IMG/VR virus record: IMGVR_UViG_3300008952_000003
Coordinates: 32,001 to 96,000 of that record
From: a virus
DNA: 64,000 bases
Reading direction: 5' to 3' (one strand)
Below the pieces are notes generated by a model. It did no database searches, had not been told where the DNA came from, and saw only the letters and a program-made list of their open reading frames with translations. Shown piece after piece: positions 46,501 to 54,516 of the stretch (positions are counted from its first letter, which is position 1; each line of letters begins with the position of its first letter). Position numbers and translations under genes: made by a program.

Positions 46501-46723
46501 CCTTAGCGTGTCTAGTTTGCCAAAGTCGGATATTTTCATCCTGGATGAACCTGGCACGGCACTGGATGAGGAAAATATGCAAGGATTTGTAGACATTCTT
46601 GCAATAATTCGATCATATTTCAAAACAGTGTTGCTAATTTCTCACCTCGATAACTTAAAGGATTGTGTAGACATGCAAATCACAATCGAGAAAGAAAAAG
46701 AGTTCGCTTCGGTCAAGGAGTGA
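43571..46723 (+). CDS. Fused SbcD/Mre11 (gp47-like) nuclease and SbcC/Rad50 (gp46-like) ATPase
   Basis: HIADTH, CGDIAH, GNHD, HGSV, GDIH (calcineurin-like); Walker A GKNFSGKSS, coiled coil, signature MGSGAE, Walker B FILDEP, ISH; TTG start after GGAG. Confidence 0.9.
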   Translation: MKFAHIADTHIKNLKFHYEYKIIFQELYDKLRKEKVDYIVHCGDIAHTKTQISPEFVEMCTNFFRNLADIAPTYIILGNHDGNLKNASRQDAITPIVEALENPNIYLLKKSGEVPLEGDITLNVLSVFDEEGWIKPTDKDKINIALYHGSVSGVVTDTGWVMTHGDHPIEIFEEFDYAFLGDIHKTDQSIDMHGKMRYPGSTIQQNHGETDDKGFLIWEIEDKENFTCRHVEIKNPRPFVTIKLTPKGKMPKGLKVPERSRLRLVSENNLPLSAMTRAQDIAKRRFKPESVSFLNRASGIRGSVENLTNSLEAADLRNIKIQESLIKEYLKDYELDDDLIKRILDLNLKYNKIAEENEKVSRNINWSLRKLEFDNLFNYGENNSIDFDNLEGIVGIFGKNFSGKSSIIDSLLYTVFNSTSKNDRKSVNVINQNRESAEGRVHLSVGDTDFHITRSSEKYVKKLKGEETIEAKTHATFLSKDRTTGESKNLNGLSRIETDKNIRKMFGTLDDFLYSSMASQLDSLTFIKEGSTKRKEILAKFLDLKFFETKFKLAKEDASDTKGALKKLEDRDFEEEVVLSKEELDINNRELEKVKKISEKYKKDISDFEEEAYEISEKIKSVPTEIIDIVKVRKELRDKKKQMVSIRDQNEEHTKKRGEFKYDYEQIAYFLEEFDKNTLYEKRDKIKELEEALGALEIELDREERDLSDNQKRVQLLNGIPCGTSFPKCKFIRDAYISKANIPENEKKLQHLGSEKEDVDLKIKDLDPTLVSFQIEKYNDIVDRKNELFNLIMNCDLNIEKNDSMIESLVFQVDKLESEVSVYELNKDSIENLENLNDRMDEIKYKNESRKIKLAAFNDRMMELYKIIGSMEQKLENVVMQKEEYTDLQQEYSAYDLYMKCMHPNGIAFDVIRKKLPIINEEIAKILANIVDFEVFFEDDGKRLDIFIKHPLYNPRPLEMGSGAEKTISAMAIRLALLSVSSLPKSDIFILDEPGTALDEENMQGFVDILAIIRSYFKTVLLISHLDNLKDCVDMQITIEKEKEFASVKE

Positions 46724-46730
46724 CTATTTA
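46723..46730 (+). promoter_or_regulatory. Candidate late promoter motif ACTATTTA
   Basis: Overlaps the TGA of the nuclease gene, where structural genes resume (ATG 46773). Confidence 0.5.
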
Positions 46731-46772
46731 ATGTTAAAGAACACACACAATCTTGTGGGGGAGAATTAAAGT

Positions 46773-48803
46773 ATGGCTTTGACAGATGGACTAATCGCAA
46801 AATATGAATTTGATAACTTATCGGATGGTATAGGATCTTATGATCTTACTACGTTCGACGGCGCTACTGTTAGTGGAGGTAAATTAAATCTTCCCTCTGC
46901 CGCTGGTGGTGTTTATCCAAGTAGTAAGGTCCCCACCGGGGATCAATTTACTCTTTCTTTGTGGTTCGAAAATCTAAAAGACAGATCGCTAGCGACGGCC
47001 AATTGGCTGCAATTCGATGGCACAAGTACAGGATCCCCCGCTGGCTCAACTGGCACCACTGGGGTTCACTATATAGCGGCTATATATCACGACGATATGT
47101 TGGGCGCGTTCACGCAAGCTGGAGGTTGGGTTAGTTCGGGCTACTCAATGACGAACATTAGTCATTCCGGACTTCACCATTTGGTCGCAATATACGACAA
47201 CGGGACAATAACTTATTATATCGATGGGCAGCAAGCTGGCAATCCAGTTGCGTATTCCCCCGGTGATGGCATTCAGGTTTTTGGATCTTGGGGTACCCAC
47301 TCTTATGCCCCAGCCGACTCTTTAGATGGCATTCGTGTTTATAATAGGGCCATTTCTCTTTCCGAAGTCGGAGAGCTTTATACTACACAGTGGCCATCGC
47401 AGAATACTAAGTACACCAACACTGACAATCCAGAGATAATTTCATCAGCAGCACCAACTGGTGTGATGGGGATGCAAAATACATCTGGGGATAGCGGGTT
47501 TTTCGTCTATTCGGAAAAACCATACACGTTGTGGTTAAGGGATTCTCTGGGCTCCTGGATCGCCCACCAGACATTTACATCAGAGAACCTTGTGACTGCT
47601 ACTACTTTTCAGTGGGGCGTCAATCAGGCAGCTTATTTTCAAACAGCCGAATCATCTCATGATGTTTATGTGATCGGGCGCTCGGGGGCCCTCCTCATCG
47701 ATTCGACTCCTTCTGATGGGAGCAATGCGATTGACTCCATTGTGCTAGATAATGGAACTTCGTTAAGACTATTTGGCGCCTCAAGCACGGTGACCGTAAC
47801 TGAATCGACTCATGCCATTTCGGATGGCTCCCCTGTGACTATTAGTGATGGGTGTGATGCGAGTGTCGTCATCACAGAAGTCGTGAGCGATTATACAGAT
47901 TCACTCTCTTCTAAAATGGCGGCATATTACAAATTTAACGGAAACGCGAATGATTCCAGCAATGACGCTGTTCATGCAACTGCATCTTCTGGCGTTGCGT
48001 GGCAATCCGGCAAGCTGGGGCAAGGCAGTGCTTTCGTGGATAGTACGGCAGTTATAGAGACAAACAACTCGAACTTGCTAGATCTCGGCCCCAATTGGAC
48101 TATCTCAGCCTGGGTCTATGTACCCTCTTCTCAGGCATTTAGTGGTGATAATAACTCGCAAAATAATATGATTATATTTTCTAATGCTGATCAATATGGT
48201 GACTGGACTTATATGTCTGGCGTCAGAATCATGATTCCCAAGCCAGGATACACTGGCGGAGATTATCTTAATCAGCCAAATAGTCTCGCATTCGAATCTG
48301 GATGCGGCACTGGAAACGGCATATACAGTTTCGCATGGTACGCTAGCGCGACTGGAACCAACTCCTTCCCCTATGATCAGTGGGTTCACATTGCGGTAAC
48401 AATGAGAGATCAGGATCAGCCCGGTTGGGGTGGTAATGAAAAACTCTACATTAATGGGACATCAATGCCAACAAACCCGAGAGTTAATCAGCCAGTTCAG
48501 AATCCTCAAGTGTGGGCGACTCCCCCGGAGGTTGTGAGAATCGGAGGCTGGTGGGCAAAATCACAACCGTATGCCCCACAAACCGCTGGAGACATGGATT
48601 TTGATGAGTTGGTCATCTGGAAGAGAGAGTTGTCCGAAGCAGAAATAGCAACACTCTACAACGCAGGAACCGGCACAGAACTTGATACAGCACATGCAAC
48701 GACAGAGACGGTAAGAAATGATTTCACCGTTGAGAAGAATGTGGTTGTAACTGCTCCTGCGGGAGAAGATAGCACCAACATCAAAGTCAAGATCACTAAA
48801 TAA
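46773..48803 (+). CDS. Protein with two LamG (concanavalin A-like) domains; putative virion adhesin/decoration
   Basis: GLIAKYEFD, FTLSLWF, LHHLVAIYD, LDGIRVYNRA; AAYYKFNGNAND, WTISAWV, WVHIAVT, FDELVIWKRELS. Confidence 0.8.
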   Translation: MALTDGLIAKYEFDNLSDGIGSYDLTTFDGATVSGGKLNLPSAAGGVYPSSKVPTGDQFTLSLWFENLKDRSLATANWLQFDGTSTGSPAGSTGTTGVHYIAAIYHDDMLGAFTQAGGWVSSGYSMTNISHSGLHHLVAIYDNGTITYYIDGQQAGNPVAYSPGDGIQVFGSWGTHSYAPADSLDGIRVYNRAISLSEVGELYTTQWPSQNTKYTNTDNPEIISSAAPTGVMGMQNTSGDSGFFVYSEKPYTLWLRDSLGSWIAHQTFTSENLVTATTFQWGVNQAAYFQTAESSHDVYVIGRSGALLIDSTPSDGSNAIDSIVLDNGTSLRLFGASSTVTVTESTHAISDGSPVTISDGCDASVVITEVVSDYTDSLSSKMAAYYKFNGNANDSSNDAVHATASSGVAWQSGKLGQGSAFVDSTAVIETNNSNLLDLGPNWTISAWVYVPSSQAFSGDNNSQNNMIIFSNADQYGDWTYMSGVRIMIPKPGYTGGDYLNQPNSLAFESGCGTGNGIYSFAWYASATGTNSFPYDQWVHIAVTMRDQDQPGWGGNEKLYINGTSMPTNPRVNQPVQNPQVWATPPEVVRIGGWWAKSQPYAPQTAGDMDFDELVIWKRELSEAEIATLYNAGTGTELDTAHATTETVRNDFTVEKNVVVTAPAGEDSTNIKVKITK

Positions 48804-48888
48804 GAAAATCATGATGATGGGCGGGAATTTTGTCATTACTAACAAGCCAAATTTGTTCTAAAAAAAAACACTTCTCCTGGGTGCCATG

Positions 48889-48896
48889 ACTACTTA
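48889..48896 (+). promoter_or_regulatory. Candidate late promoter motif ACTACTTA
   Basis: In the 143-nt gap before ATG 48947. Confidence 0.5.
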
Positions 48897-48946
48897 ATAT
48901 TGAAATAACTCTCTATGGGATCATTCATAGAGGGGGGGGATATAAA

Positions 48947-51900
48947 ATGGCAATTAACGATAACTTGATAGCGTATTATCGCGCTTCTGATTTTACAGAC
49001 GAAAAGGGCACTTACAACAGCACGACCCAGACAAGCGTGACCGTGAGCGCAACTGGTAAGTATGGGGATGGCTGGAGCTTCGATGATAGCGACGAGTCCG
49101 TAATAATTTTGGATTCTACAATCGATTTCGACATGGCACATGTTGCAAGCACGGGATATACCATCTCAATATGGGCAAAGAATCCATATCCTGCTACACC
49201 GGTCCGCGGAAAGACTTCGATATTATCTTCTGACACCAATTCCGTGATGCCTCTTATGATTTATCGCTTCCTGGGTGGTAAAATTCGTCTAGGCTGGAAT
49301 GGAGATGAACCAAATAGCAATTACGGTGGAACTTCATATGCTGAAGATATTATCAATGGCGGCTATTGGGAGAAGCAAGACAGTGATGAAATTTTTAGTG
49401 GCTGGATTCATTTGGCTGTGACCGTTCAAGCCGGCCACGCTAAATATTATATAAATGGCTCTCATGTTGCCACTTTGAGTCACGCCAAGGTTACGCAAGC
49501 TGTCTCGTTCAACCGTATTGGGAACCTAACCAGCTCCTGGTATAGCAAAACCGCCCTTGCAGAGGTGGTAGATGAGGTCGCTGTATGGTCAAGAGCTTTG
49601 ACAGCCTCAGAAATATTGGATGTTTATGGATCAGAGATCAACTCTTTGGTCGCCGGCCCTCCTGCTCCCGCCCCTGTAGCCCTAGCAGAGAAGTCGACCC
49701 TCTCTTCTGAATCTGACACGTCCGCAGTTGGACTCGTTTCACCTACTGGCGATGTGGGATTTTTAAAAGGCTCAGGACAGACAGGAATTATGGTATATTC
49801 AGAGTCACCATATACTATCTGGTTTAAAGATTCGAACGCTACGTGGACTTCTTATCAGACTTTCACAGCGGAGAATTTACTAAAAAATACTACATTTCCG
49901 TGGGGAAATAATGTAGCGGCCTATATTCAGACCTCCGAAGCGACCCACAAAGTCTACATTTATCCAAAAACCGGCGCGTTGCTGTATGATGGTGATCCAA
50001 CTGATGGAATTAATCAGGCAGACACACTATTATCTTCCGACAATACATCAGTGGCCCAAACAATTGCTTCAAAGTGGGATCAGGATACTGGTGGTCACCT
50101 TATTCCCGGCACTAATGATACATTTGATATCGGGTCTCCTGATTATAGAGTCAGGGACATATATCTATCCAATGACTCTCTTTATATAGGTGACGACGTA
50201 AAAATCTCAAACGATAACGGCGTCAAGAAGACCAAAAAGAGAAAGAAAGATCGAATGCCGCAATTACTGCAAGATCTTGGCGTTACGTCCGCTCAGGTTG
50301 CTGCTGCTTTTCCAAACAAGTCGGGCTTTTCAGATATGACGATGGCCAATTGGCTTAATCTTGCCAAGCAGCAAAGTGGAAATCAAAATCTGACACCAAA
50401 AGACTTATTTGATGCAGTGGCAGACTTCGACATAGATCCAGAGTGGAGTGATTATCTAATCGTAGACTCGCCGACTCTTGGAAATCTTGAATTGAAGGGG
50501 TCTGCTGGTCAAAAAATCAAACTATCCGAATTGATAGGAATGCAATCAGATATTGCAGCCATTGACACTTCTGGTATCGCAACAAACGCGACAGCAATTG
50601 CAACAAACGCGACAGATATCCAGGACACCCTTGGTACCATCACTGGGTCTACTCATTTGGGGTTTTTACCCATTCCCGGAGCTTCTTCTAGTGCCCCATT
50701 TGCAAACCTTATAGAATCGGTCTCTATGCATGGGGATGATGGGGATATAAAGTGGTTTGACGAGGGAGCATTGACTTGGAAGTCTCATATCAGATCTGGT
50801 GAAAATGATGGGGAGACCTACATCGATATATCGCCACAAGTGTTCGGGTCTCCATCGGCCATATGGTTGGGCCAAGGCGCAGATCAATGTACCACCTCTG
50901 TTCGTGGTGATCTGAGAGTAGCAGGCACAATTAAGCCTTACGCGGGCACGAACCACGATTTGGGATCCCCCACTTCCCCTTTTAGAGACTTATATCTTTC
51001 TGATAACTCTTTGTGGGTCGGAGATTCCAAGTTGGACTCCACCACCGGAAAAATCAGAAAGAGGAACAGAAAAAAGGATAAGGTACCAAAATGGTTGTCA
51101 GATCGAGGTGTGACACCTGCCGACGCACAAGCTGCCTTTCCTGGTTATTCGAACATATCGCAGATGACAATGGCAAACTGGATGACAATGGCTAAACAAC
51201 AGTCTGGAGGAGAAGATGCCACCCCAAATGACGTTTTCGGAGCCAGCGAGGACTTCGACATTGATAAAGACTGGGAAGATTATCTCGTTGTCGATGATCC
51301 GGAAATAGGAGACCTCACACTCAAGGGATCCACGGGCATCCCGGCTGTGTTTACTTCGCGACCCGGCGCCGCCCCCTACTACGGAGATGGCTCCCTACGC
51401 TATCTTGATCTTCGAGTTTCGGATATTCAAGCCGAACATCTTGAATTCAAGCAAAACGGCAAAGGGATTATGTGGCGGGATTCTAATGAGGTTCAGCAGT
51501 GGTTACTCATGCACCAAAGCGCCGACGGCGTAGCCCCCACACTCAAACTCTCAGTGGCCACCGCCGCCTCCCGCGACGAAACTGGGCGCACACCGCATTT
51601 AAAATTGATAGCTGGCCGATCTGGCCATGACGATAGCGTTTTGACACTAAGGGCACACCAAGTGGTTGTTGAGGATAATCTTGGCGACAATGCTCTTGAT
51701 TTGCGCGAAGAGTTGCCAAAGATTGCAACAAATACAGCAGCAATCGCAGCAATCGCAGCAATTGATACTTCTGGTATTGCAACAAATACAGCAGCAATCG
51801 CAGCAATTGATACTTCTGGTATTGCAACAAATACTTCTGATATTACAACAATCAACGATAATAAATATATATTTGATGGCGCAGATGCAAACACAATACA

Positions 51901-53086
51901 ACTTAAAGATATCGGACTTGACCTCTATAACGAAGATGGTGCCGAAAGGGGCTCTCGTATAACCTTGAATAGAAACCTGGCCCAACAGAAACAAGATCTT
52001 TGGATAGCGATGGATCACATTGAAAACCAGCCTCGAAAGATTTATCTAGATGCAGGCCTTGGCCACACTACATCTCCACAGATGGGGGGGGTATATCATC
52101 CGCCCGGCGAGGTAAAGGTGAGGGGCACCCTATCGCTCGACACCGAGACACTCTCTGTGGCTGATGTTGCGCAATCTTTGACCGACAATATTGCAGCAAT
52201 CGCAGCAATCGATACTTCTGGTATTGCAACAAATGCAGCAGCAATCGCAGCAATCGATACTTCTGGTATTGCAACAAATGCAACAGCCATTTCAAGTATT
52301 AATGCAGATAAGCACATATTTACGGATCATATCGTCCTCAAAGAGAAAAGGGATCTCCATTTTTATGATGAGACAGATTCCATGAAGGGGCAGGTAGCCT
52401 ACAACGAGAGTTCAGACGGAAATTATATAAAGGTTGCTCTCGAAGCGGACAGCACAAAGACGAGAGTAATTAGCCTTAACGCTGGAAACTTAGACGGCGT
52501 AAGCCCAGAGGGCACTGTCAAACTAATAGGAGAGACCATTATCAATAGAAATGGCACCGTTTACAATGTTACGGACAAATTGGACTCTCTTGATGCTACC
52601 GTGGTATCAAACTCCACCGCAATCGCAGCGATTGACACTAGTGCTCAGGGCACAAACGCAACAAACATTACAACAAACACAACGAATATCGCAGCAAACG
52701 CAACAAACATTACAACAAACACAACGAATATCGCAGCAAACACTGCCACCGAGCTAGAAAATAGGTGGTCGAATTCAAAAAACTGGATGCTTAGACCACC
52801 CGCTCCCTATAGCGGAAATAATGTTTTGCAAATCCAGACAGGCGGAATATTCGGATCAACCGATGGATCCGTAGCCTTCCATTCATCAGACGGAATGTTG
52901 ATAATAAACGGCCCGGCCGACTCCGCGAACGATGCCGTATTGGCCTGTGATGGAAAAAAACTTTCCATGAAAGATACTATTAACTTATTCGTATCAATAA
53001 AGACAGCCGTAGATCAGGCAACTGATTTTGATCACTTTAAGGCGCTCATGGGGCTCGCTTATGCTTTTTGGGATCCAAATTGGTAG
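48947..53086 (+). CDS. LamG-tipped fibre/adhesin-like protein with an internal duplication and coiled-coil repeats (1379 aa)
   Basis: N-terminal LamG (YTISIW, WIHLAVT, VDEVAVWSRALT); two 136-137 aa repeats (DxGSP..RDxYLS..SL); IATNTAAIAAIDTSG repeats. Confidence 0.7.
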   Translation: MAINDNLIAYYRASDFTDEKGTYNSTTQTSVTVSATGKYGDGWSFDDSDESVIILDSTIDFDMAHVASTGYTISIWAKNPYPATPVRGKTSILSSDTNSVMPLMIYRFLGGKIRLGWNGDEPNSNYGGTSYAEDIINGGYWEKQDSDEIFSGWIHLAVTVQAGHAKYYINGSHVATLSHAKVTQAVSFNRIGNLTSSWYSKTALAEVVDEVAVWSRALTASEILDVYGSEINSLVAGPPAPAPVALAEKSTLSSESDTSAVGLVSPTGDVGFLKGSGQTGIMVYSESPYTIWFKDSNATWTSYQTFTAENLLKNTTFPWGNNVAAYIQTSEATHKVYIYPKTGALLYDGDPTDGINQADTLLSSDNTSVAQTIASKWDQDTGGHLIPGTNDTFDIGSPDYRVRDIYLSNDSLYIGDDVKISNDNGVKKTKKRKKDRMPQLLQDLGVTSAQVAAAFPNKSGFSDMTMANWLNLAKQQSGNQNLTPKDLFDAVADFDIDPEWSDYLIVDSPTLGNLELKGSAGQKIKLSELIGMQSDIAAIDTSGIATNATAIATNATDIQDTLGTITGSTHLGFLPIPGASSSAPFANLIESVSMHGDDGDIKWFDEGALTWKSHIRSGENDGETYIDISPQVFGSPSAIWLGQGADQCTTSVRGDLRVAGTIKPYAGTNHDLGSPTSPFRDLYLSDNSLWVGDSKLDSTTGKIRKRNRKKDKVPKWLSDRGVTPADAQAAFPGYSNISQMTMANWMTMAKQQSGGEDATPNDVFGASEDFDIDKDWEDYLVVDDPEIGDLTLKGSTGIPAVFTSRPGAAPYYGDGSLRYLDLRVSDIQAEHLEFKQNGKGIMWRDSNEVQQWLLMHQSADGVAPTLKLSVATAASRDETGRTPHLKLIAGRSGHDDSVLTLRAHQVVVEDNLGDNALDLREELPKIATNTAAIAAIAAIDTSGIATNTAAIAAIDTSGIATNTSDITTINDNKYIFDGADANTIQLKDIGLDLYNEDGAERGSRITLNRNLAQQKQDLWIAMDHIENQPRKIYLDAGLGHTTSPQMGGVYHPPGEVKVRGTLSLDTETLSVADVAQSLTDNIAAIAAIDTSGIATNAAAIAAIDTSGIATNATAISSINADKHIFTDHIVLKEKRDLHFYDETDSMKGQVAYNESSDGNYIKVALEADSTKTRVISLNAGNLDGVSPEGTVKLIGETIINRNGTVYNVTDKLDSLDATVVSNSTAIAAIDTSAQGTNATNITTNTTNIAANATNITTNTTNIAANTATELENRWSNSKNWMLRPPAPYSGNNVLQIQTGGIFGSTDGSVAFHSSDGMLIINGPADSANDAVLACDGKKLSMKDTINLFVSIKTAVDQATDFDHFKALMGLAYAFWDPNW
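51722..51836 (+). repeat. 45-bp-period tandem repeat encoding IATNTAAIAAIDTSG
   Basis: gcaatcgcagcaattgatacttctggtattgcaacaaatac occurs twice at a 45-nt period. Confidence 0.85.
52193..52282 (+). repeat. Perfect 45-bp tandem duplication
   Basis: gcagcaatcgcagcaatcgatacttctggtattgcaacaaatgca x2. Confidence 0.9.
52654..52737 (+). repeat. Perfect 42-bp tandem duplication (two heptads per unit)
   Basis: aaacgcaacaaacattacaacaaacacaacgaatatcgcagc x2, encoding NATNITTNTTNIAA. Confidence 0.9.
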
Positions 53087-53110
53087 CAAATAGTTTTATA
53101 AGGAGGGTCT

Positions 53111-53311
53111 ATGACAATGACACAAATGGCAAAAGGCGCCTTGGATAAGCTTTTAGAAAAAGCTATTTCAAGAAAACTACTGGTATGGGGAACTGCAACA
53201 GCACTTCTCTTTACCTCCAATCTTGAGAGTGAACACTGGCTCTATCTTAGCGCCCTATATATTGGTGGACAATCTATAATCGACGCAATAGTTAAATTTA
53301 AGAGTGCTTGA
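53111..53311 (+). CDS. Small two-helix membrane protein, holin-like
   Basis: AGGAGGG RBS; SRKLLVWGTATALLF...WLYLSALYIGGQSIID; 66 aa. Confidence 0.5.
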   Translation: MTMTQMAKGALDKLLEKAISRKLLVWGTATALLFTSNLESEHWLYLSALYIGGQSIIDAIVKFKSA

Positions 53312-53712
53312 TGATTAATATTAATTTCGGTGATGTTTTCAGATATTTGGGAGAGTTTTTATCAAAGAACTGGCAAGCTATAGGTCTTGTGATCATGGTC
53401 TGTCTCTTCTTTTTGACAAAAAACGATTATGCTGCTTTAAAAAATTCAATGGATGTGATGAGTGTGAGCTATCAAGAGCAAATATCTGTCCTAGAAGCTC
53501 TTCATGCTAAGGAAATAGCAGCGCGAGAGGAGGCAATCGCCGCCTATGAGCGCGAACTAGTTGAATTGACAAGAAAATATGAGGAAGAGATCAGAGATCT
53601 TCAAAGAAATAAAGAAGAGGACATCGAAGAATATATTCGAGACTTTGACCTACAGCCAGAAAAGCTTGCGAGAGAAATAGAAGAACAATTTGGATTTGAA
53701 TATGTTGAATAA
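53311..53712 (+). CDS. Membrane-anchored coiled-coil protein (i-spanin-like topology)
   Basis: One TM segment (WQAIGLVIMVCLFFL) followed by a long acidic coiled coil; TGATG overlap with the upstream gene. Confidence 0.4.
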   Translation: MININFGDVFRYLGEFLSKNWQAIGLVIMVCLFFLTKNDYAALKNSMDVMSVSYQEQISVLEALHAKEIAAREEAIAAYERELVELTRKYEEEIRDLQRNKEEDIEEYIRDFDLQPEKLAREIEEQFGFEYVE

Positions 53713-54136
53713 AATAATATTTTTGGCACTCTTTTCTGCTTTTGCAGGTACGGCACTAGCCAGTGATGGGAAATTCACATTCACACAAGAGAATGAGCCA
53801 TCACCATTTACTGGAACTCTGTTCGACCCAGAAGCAACAGCGAGATTGTTGGCAAATAATAAGTTTTTGAAAGAAGAGTATGATTTGAAGCTTGGATTTG
53901 AGCTTTCAAAGCAAGAAAGAGAGTTCAATCTCAAACTAGAACAGCTTCAAATCACCCTGGACACCCAGAAAGAGAAATATGAGACAACACTAGAGTTAAA
54001 AAACACAGAAATCGAACAATTAAACAAGATTATCGCGAAAAAGCCCGGATCAAATGCTATGATTTGGGGAATAATCGGTGGTTTTGTGGCTGGCGCCGCT
54101 TCTACTGTCGCTATCGTACATGCGGTGAACAAATGA
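53702..54136 (+). CDS. Secreted/membrane hypothetical protein (signal peptide, coiled coil, C-terminal TM)
   Basis: MLNKIIFLALFSAFAGTALAS signal; C-terminal AMIWGIIGGFVAGAASTVAIV. Confidence 0.55.
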   Translation: MLNKIIFLALFSAFAGTALASDGKFTFTQENEPSPFTGTLFDPEATARLLANNKFLKEEYDLKLGFELSKQEREFNLKLEQLQITLDTQKEKYETTLELKNTEIEQLNKIIAKKPGSNAMIWGIIGGFVAGAASTVAIVHAVNK

Positions 54137-54516
54137 AGAAGAGTTTAAATGATATTGCGAAATATGAAGTTGCTATTTCCAAAAAATATGGAAAAGATGC
54201 AATCAAGCATCCCCAAGCCGACTGGAACGACGAAAAAGAGAAGGAATACCAAAAACAATCCAAGGATCTTTATGAAAAAGAGAAGGAAATTCGAGAAAAA
54301 ACTGAAAAAGTAGAAGTTGATGGATTTTTAATATCTAAAAAACTATTTACTAAAGATAGCAATCGAATTTGTCCCACATGTCATTCCTATTCTTTTGATT
54401 TGAGAGACGATGTATATATGACAAAGTTTGATTGTTGCTTTAAATGCTACATTCAATGGGTAGAGGGCCGCGAAGAAAGGTGGAAATCTGGATGGCGCCC
54501 AAAAGAGGAAAAATAA
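54133..54516 (+). CDS. Hypothetical Cys-rich (probably Zn-binding) protein
   Basis: CPTC...DCCFKC; likely start ATG 54133, overlapping the previous stop. Confidence 0.6.
   Translation: MKKSLNDIAKYEVAISKKYGKDAIKHPQADWNDEKEKEYQKQSKDLYEKEKEIREKTEKVEVDGFLISKKLFTKDSNRICPTCHSYSFDLRDDVYMTKFDCCFKCYIQWVEGREERWKSGWRPKEEK

Noticed and set aside
51493-52757. Several overlapping minus-strand and alternate-frame ORFs with repetitive peptides (for example IAAIAAVF, LLQYQKY, QQSQQ)
   Set aside because: They are shadows of the 42/45-bp repeats inside the long + strand fibre gene and have no RBS or independent coding signal.
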